From positions 320,001-384,000 of the forward strand of contig CAVWXH010000003.1 of NCBI GenBank assembly GCA_963758915.1: a DNA stretch of 64,000 nucleotides, given 5' to 3'. The notes beneath the pieces are model-generated. The model was given only the letters and a program-made list of their open reading frames with translations. It made no database searches and was not told where the DNA came from. Of this stretch, positions 58,854 to 64,000 are shown piece by piece; position 1 is the stretch's first letter, and each line of letters opens with the position of its first letter. Position numbers and translations under genes: made by a program. Source of the stretch: an uncultured Methanomicrobiales archaeon (GTDB lineage: Archaea > Halobacteriota > Methanomicrobia > Methanomicrobiales > Methanospirillaceae).

Positions 58854-60258
58854 GATGTTGTATCCCGGACTCGACGTCCACGTGGATATCAGGATTATTC
58901 AATTCGAGACCCCGTGGACTGATCCCCCCGCGTGCAATAATGGTGACATCAGGTGGCAGGGGGTCCTTATCTCCCATGGGATCAGGCGTTTTCGGGGGGT
59001 CCGGGGTCGGGTATCGTCGTCGTGGCCGGTGCATACGGATGTACCATATCACCAGAATCACGATGATGATGATGATAAAACTATCAATCCAGAGACAGGG
59101 AATTGTGAATAGTACGCAGGGACTGTCGCAGTTCAGGCATTCCGGGACAGTGGTCACGGGGACTGCGGTAAGGGTTGTGGCTGGCTGGACGGGGGTACCC
59201 GGTACTGTCTGAGTCTGGCTGATTGTAGTTCCGGTCACGGGGTTCGTTATCGTCTGAAACGGCAGGACCGTTACCTGTTTTTCCTTTGAAGACGTGCCAT
59301 AATCATTCGATATCACCAGTTTGATCGTGTAGTTGCCGGGTTTTGTGAATATGCTCCGGGAGTAGGTCCGCAGCTCGGAGACCAGGGTATTGTCCACGTA
59401 CCAGGCCCATGTCAAGGGTGAGCCGGTTGACTTGTCTGTTACTGAAACGGCGAAGGGATGGTTCTCATATGCCTGACCGCTTACCGGGGCTATCGAAAAG
59501 TCTGCGACCGGGGGGACGGGGGCCACAACGATAACATCATTGCGAGTCCATTCGATCTGTTCGCGGTTATCCATCACCATCAGGCCTACCGCGTACACAC
59601 CTGCCGAACGGTAGGTATGGGTGGGAAGGGCGTCCGCCGGTGAACCCGAAACATTGGTCAGGGGTGTACCGTCCCCGAAATCCCATTGCCAGGTGAGTAT
59701 TTTCCCGTCCTGAACGGTGGACCCCGATCCATCGAACGCCACGGGGCGGCCCACGACTGCCGGTTGGGGCGACCATATGAACATGGGCTGCGGGGGATTT
59801 CTGGTAGCGATTACCGAAACAACCGTGAATTGTCCTTCACCGGTTACGGCATTGTTGGTGGACGAGGCAAGAATACGATAGTTACCCGGCTGGAATGTGG
59901 AGAGATCAACATCAAAACTGAGCAGGTTGTGTTTACGGTCCTGCCCGGAATACACGGTTACGGCCCCTGTTGCACCACTGAATTCCCCGGTCGGGCTTTT
60001 CCGGGTAGGAGTAACAGCTGTGGAAAGCACCTCGAACAGCACCGGACTGCCCACAGGAAGATCAGTCGTTGCGGTGATGGTAATTTTTTCACCGGACTGC
60101 CTGGTACCGACAGGATGAATCTGGATATAACTTCCCTGCAGAACGGGTACGGAAGCGTTTTCCCTGTACAGGTTATTTGCGCAAACAGGTGCTATGAACA
60201 GAACCAGTAGCACTACGATCAGCAGTGAACGCCAGGTAACCCGGGGGCCTGGAATCAA
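58837..60258 (-). CDS. Single-pass surface protein: S-layer-like domain + 2 PKD + TM + cytoplasmic tail
   Basis: Signal peptide; WQWDFGDG, WAWYVD; T-rich linker; FIIIIIVILVIW then RMHRPRRR. Confidence 0.85.
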   Translation of the reverse strand: MIPGPRVTWRSLLIVVLLVLFIAPVCANNLYRENASVPVLQGSYIQIHPVGTRQSGEKITITATTDLPVGSPVLFEVLSTAVTPTRKSPTGEFSGATGAVTVYSGQDRKHNLLSFDVDLSTFQPGNYRILASSTNNAVTGEGQFTVVSVIATRNPPQPMFIWSPQPAVVGRPVAFDGSGSTVQDGKILTWQWDFGDGTPLTNVSGSPADALPTHTYRSAGVYAVGLMVMDNREQIEWTRNDVIVVAPVPPVADFSIAPVSGQAYENHPFAVSVTDKSTGSPLTWAWYVDNTLVSELRTYSRSIFTKPGNYTIKLVISNDYGTSSKEKQVTVLPFQTITNPVTGTTISQTQTVPGTPVQPATTLTAVPVTTVPECLNCDSPCVLFTIPCLWIDSFIIIIIVILVIWYIRMHRPRRRYPTPDPPKTPDPMGDKDPLPPDVTIIARGGISPRGLELNNPDIHVDVESGIQHHDKEE

Positions 60259-60707
60259 GATGAAACCCCTGGCCCGGGATCTTCTGTTAGCATGGGATAA
60301 ATTTGAAATGGGCTGACGAGATGATTAATCTTCCTGATTGAACGGCATTTAACGGGACTAGTCCGGTCCTGAGAGTGTTATCATATCGTATTGGCAGCCG
60401 GGTTACATTCGTTGCACATAACCACCGGAACAGGTCCATTTCCGCTACATGGATACGCATTGGTGCTCCACAGACGTGACACCGTACCGGTACTACCCTC
60501 AATATATTACCTGGTTCCATTCCATTATCACGCTGTTCGTATTCATGGCCATGCCAGGGATATATTCCCTTCAATCGTCAGGCAGTGCTTTTTTGATTCC
60601 TTCCGGTTCAGGAACCGTCTTTCTTTATACCGGTCCCCTGGCAGGTAACAATGTGCTGAACAGGTTATTCATAAATACCTGTATCTCAAAGATATGACAG
60701 TAGAACC

Positions 60708-61889
60708 ATGAAAGGACGACCGTTACCACTCGCTTTTCTTACCGGTCTCCTCCTGATTATCGCCCTGCTGTTCTTACTGCTGTATTCCGGCCCCCGTAAT
60801 ACCAGTCAGCCCGGGTCAGAGGGAGAGGTTTATCTCCTGTACGCTTCCTCGGGGTCAATGGTCCAGTTGCTAAACGCCGGCCAGATTGATGCATTTATCG
60901 TATGGGAGCCGATCGTTTCAACCGCCACCCTTACCGGGACGGGAAAGATGATCGCGACCCCCGGGTGGATGCCTCCGCCAGGCGAGTGGGGAGATACCGC
61001 CTGCTGTGTTCTTGTCCTCAGGAATGACATGATCTCGAAGAATCCGGATGTATCAGCCCTTCTTTCCGGCCTGACGACCGCTGCGGTTGAGAGAGTGAAC
61101 GAAAACCAGTCCCTGGCGGAAAATATTACGGCTGACTGGGTATTTGGCAGTAAGCCCCTCCTTACCGCGTCCGGAACACTTGAACCGATCTCCGTCGAGC
61201 AGCAGGCCTTTACCAATATCAACTTCACCAGCCAGTCGGTCCCACCTGATATGAATGAGATCGGACTACCAGGCGAAGATACCGGCACAACACCCCGGAT
61301 GGACAGAACGGTCGTCGGGCGGGGGAAACAGTTCCTGAATGGGACGCTGCCCCTGCCGGAGCCCGGTGGCACTATCCAGGTGAACCTGGGTTACCTTCCA
61401 TCTTCAGACCACACGGCACCCCTGTATGTCATGGTAAAAGACTCAGACTACTTCCGCGAACGTTATGGGTTCTACCTGGCCCCGGATAACCCCGCACAAA
61501 CGCGTCCGGAACACTGTACCCTGTACGTGAATGACACGCCTTTCGCAAACGTCAACCTCATTCCCGGCCAGTCCGGGGGAGGGATTATGACCACTATCGG
61601 GCAGGGTGCACTTGATGGAGCCTATATCGGGTCTGTCCCGATAGAGCTCCAGGTTGGCCTCGGGAACCCCTCAACAATGGTCCAGTCGATCAATTCCGGC
61701 GGGACCGGGCTCGTGGTCGGGACCGGGGCACCTTGTTCCGACTGGGTGACCTTTACTGAATGGGCTGAGGCCCGTTCAGCTGAAGGAAAGCCACTTGTCA
61801 TCGCCACCGTGCAGAGCTCGATCCAGGAGAGTATCATCCGGAGTGCCCTGGCATATGACAATATAACGGTGATAATGTATGGTACGTAA
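60708..61889 (+). CDS. ABC transporter substrate-binding protein (nitrate/sulfonate/NMT1-like), circularly permuted
   Basis: N-terminal anchor; GQIDAFIVWEP, CCVLV, LGYLPSSDH, GALDGAYIG. Confidence 0.85.
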   Translation: MKGRPLPLAFLTGLLLIIALLFLLLYSGPRNTSQPGSEGEVYLLYASSGSMVQLLNAGQIDAFIVWEPIVSTATLTGTGKMIATPGWMPPPGEWGDTACCVLVLRNDMISKNPDVSALLSGLTTAAVERVNENQSLAENITADWVFGSKPLLTASGTLEPISVEQQAFTNINFTSQSVPPDMNEIGLPGEDTGTTPRMDRTVVGRGKQFLNGTLPLPEPGGTIQVNLGYLPSSDHTAPLYVMVKDSDYFRERYGFYLAPDNPAQTRPEHCTLYVNDTPFANVNLIPGQSGGGIMTTIGQGALDGAYIGSVPIELQVGLGNPSTMVQSINSGGTGLVVGTGAPCSDWVTFTEWAEARSAEGKPLVIATVQSSIQESIIRSALAYDNITVIMYGT

Positions 61890-62664
61890 CAACAAACAGA
61901 CCGTTTCTGACATGGCAAAAGGACTGGCAGTTATTATCCTTTTCCTCGTTATCTGGGAAATTGCGGCGATTATTATCAACAATAATTATATTCTTCCAAG
62001 GCTTGGCGATATTCTGCTGGTCCTGGTCCACCCGCTGGCATCCGTCCTTGGTGGGGCCTCACTGGCACAGAATGCGGCCGTAAGCCTCAGGGAAGTACTT
62101 ACCGGGTTTTTTTGTGCGGTCGCCATCGCAGTCCCCCTCGGGCTCCTGATCGGGACTTCAAAAGAGGTTGATTCCTATTTGAACGCCTTTATCCAGATGA
62201 TCCGCCCTGTTCCGCCCATTGCCTGGATGCCGTTTGCGATCGCATGGTTCGGGCTGGGGTTCACCTCAATTATTTTCATTATTTTCATGGGTGCATTCTT
62301 CCCGGTCCTGATCAACACGATAGACGGGGTGCACGGGGTCAGAACGCAGTGGACCGATGTGGCCCGGATGTTCCGGGCGACCTCGTTTGAAAAAGTCCGG
62401 ACCGTGATAGTCCCGGGTGCAATGCCCGTCATCTGGACAGGACTCCGTGTAGCATTTGCCGTTGCCTGGATGTGCGTCGTTGCGGCCGAGATGTTACCGG
62501 GGACGAGTGCGGGGCTTGGGTTTATGATCATGTATGCCTATAACCTGGGCCAGCTCCAGGTGATCGGTGCCGGGATGGTCGTTATCGGCATCATCGGTCT
62601 TGGTGCCGATCTTCTCTTCCGTGCCGGACAGGCCAGGTTCTTTCACTGGCAGGGGAGGGGATGA
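61879..62664 (+). CDS. ABC transporter permease (SsuC/TauC/NrtB-like)
   Basis: IRPVPPIAWMP, FFPVLINTIDGV, WMCVVAAEM. Confidence 0.93.
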   Translation: MVRNNKQTVSDMAKGLAVIILFLVIWEIAAIIINNNYILPRLGDILLVLVHPLASVLGGASLAQNAAVSLREVLTGFFCAVAIAVPLGLLIGTSKEVDSYLNAFIQMIRPVPPIAWMPFAIAWFGLGFTSIIFIIFMGAFFPVLINTIDGVHGVRTQWTDVARMFRATSFEKVRTVIVPGAMPVIWTGLRVAFAVAWMCVVAAEMLPGTSAGLGFMIMYAYNLGQLQVIGAGMVVIGIIGLGADLLFRAGQARFFHWQGRG

Positions 62665-63428
62665 TGGACCCCGTACTTACGGTCAGGGACCTCGCAAAGA
62701 CCTTTGTCGAGGACGAACAGGAGTGCAGGGTGCTCCAGGGGTTATCATTCGAAGCATTTCCGGGTGAAATACTCTGCATCATGGGGACTTCGGGGTGCGG
62801 GAAGTCCACACTGCTCAGGATGATCGCAGGTCTTGAAACAATTGATACCGGCTCGGCCAGCATCCACGGGGACCGGGGGGCAGGTCAGGTCAGGGCTGCA
62901 ATGGTATTCCAGGACGACGCCCTCTTTCCCTGGCTTACTGTCCGCGATAATATCTCCTATGGTCTGATGCTCGGTGACCGGGGAGCAGCTGGTGAGGGGG
63001 CTTCGAAACGGGTGGAAGCACTGCTTGACCTTGTCAGGCTGACCCCGTTCTCCACGTATTACCCGTACCAGCTCTCGGGGGGCATGAAACAGCGGGCTGC
63101 CGTTGCACGGGCACTTGCCGTCCAGCCCGGGATCCTCCTGATGGATGAACCGTTCAGTGCCCTCGACCCGTTCACCCGCCGGGAACTGCAGGATGAGATC
63201 ATCAGGATACGGGATGCTGCATCGGCTGACGGGCATCCTGTCGCAATCCTGCTCGTCACCCATAACCCGGAAGAGGCAGTCTACCTTGCCGACCGGATTA
63301 TCGTCCTTTCAGACAGACCGGCAACAATCCATGGATTGATCGATGTCAGGCTCCCTCGTCCGCGAAGTCTTTCAGACATTGGTTTTTTAGCGATCCGTGA
63401 AGAGGTAACCGGTCTTGTCAAACGGTGA
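62661..63428 (+). CDS. ABC transporter ATP-binding protein (SsuB/TauB-like)
   Basis: GTSGCGKS, LSGGMKQR, LLMDEPFSALD, VTHN. Confidence 0.95.
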   Translation: MMDPVLTVRDLAKTFVEDEQECRVLQGLSFEAFPGEILCIMGTSGCGKSTLLRMIAGLETIDTGSASIHGDRGAGQVRAAMVFQDDALFPWLTVRDNISYGLMLGDRGAAGEGASKRVEALLDLVRLTPFSTYYPYQLSGGMKQRAAVARALAVQPGILLMDEPFSALDPFTRRELQDEIIRIRDAASADGHPVAILLVTHNPEEAVYLADRIIVLSDRPATIHGLIDVRLPRPRSLSDIGFLAIREEVTGLVKR

Positions 63429-63835
63429 CCTCAATGCATTTACGTTACAGAGGTATCATGAATCAGAAATTCTGATGCCACTATGTCAGGTCCCTGGCAG
63501 GTAGTCATCATTTTTTTTGGATTTATTAAAAACCAACGGTGATGCCTGATATCTTCAAATCAACCTGTCAAAATCTTATAAGCGGCCTTCTACAGTGAAT
63601 TGTACGGCTCATCCGTGTTTCCCGCCATCAGGTAGGATTTTTTTTCCAGGCGTTTTCCCTATCAATTTCTACCTCCAACACGTTTCCTGGGCACCCGATG
63701 TATCCGGAATTCATCTCATTACATTGGTCACCAATTCGTAAAATAGCCCCATTAAGTAAGATATCGCCAAAGACTATTTATATGATAAGGTATTAATCCT
63801 CATTATCTCACCCGGATTAGGGTTTGAGGTGCTTT

Positions 63836-64000
63836 ATGGGTACTAAAATCGGAAAAGAAAAGATTGAGCGTGATAATGGTTTTCTCTATTATCTTGGTAA
63901 GGACGGATATGTCTGGGCAGCCCCGATGAAACACAACAAAACCGGGAAGAAGAAAAAAATTGGTACTGAAAAAATTGTAAGAGAAAAGGGCTTCATGTAT
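63836..64000 (+). CDS. Small basic internally repeated protein, partial (window edge)
   Basis: GAGGTG RBS; MGTKIGKEKIERDNGFLYYLGKDGYVWAAPMKHNKTGKKKKIGTEKIVREKGFMY. Confidence 0.75.
   Translation, partial: MGTKIGKEKIERDNGFLYYLGKDGYVWAAPMKHNKTGKKKKIGTEKIVREKGFMY

Overview
A 64 kb archaeal chromosomal segment. Gene content points to a methanogen of the order Methanomicrobiales, Methanoregula/Methanolinea-like; this is inferred from archaeal SepF, a PGF-CTERM S-layer-type protein and RHDILNQL-type PAS kinases. It holds about 45 CDS, including a P-type ATPase, threonine dehydratase, propionyl/acetyl-CoA ligase, PAS kinases, transporters and many secreted proteins. No rRNA, tRNA or CRISPR array was seen. 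The main finding is a minus-strand surface-protein cluster (30665-41582) that reads like a hierarchical, cellulosome-like cohesin-dockerin assembly without recognisable cellulases. It has a membrane-anchored single-cohesin protein, a 1555-aa scaffold with two cohesin-like modules and its own dockerin, two cargo proteins with near-identical dockerins, and a decayed upstream gene retaining a broken dockerin. Also notable: a modular MITE-like repeat family with IS903-like ends, an 83-bp tandem array, a double-V4R protein with an inserted Cache domain next to a roadblock gene, a circularly permuted ABC substrate-binding protein, and several pseudogenes. Domain calls are by motif recognition only; no searches were run.
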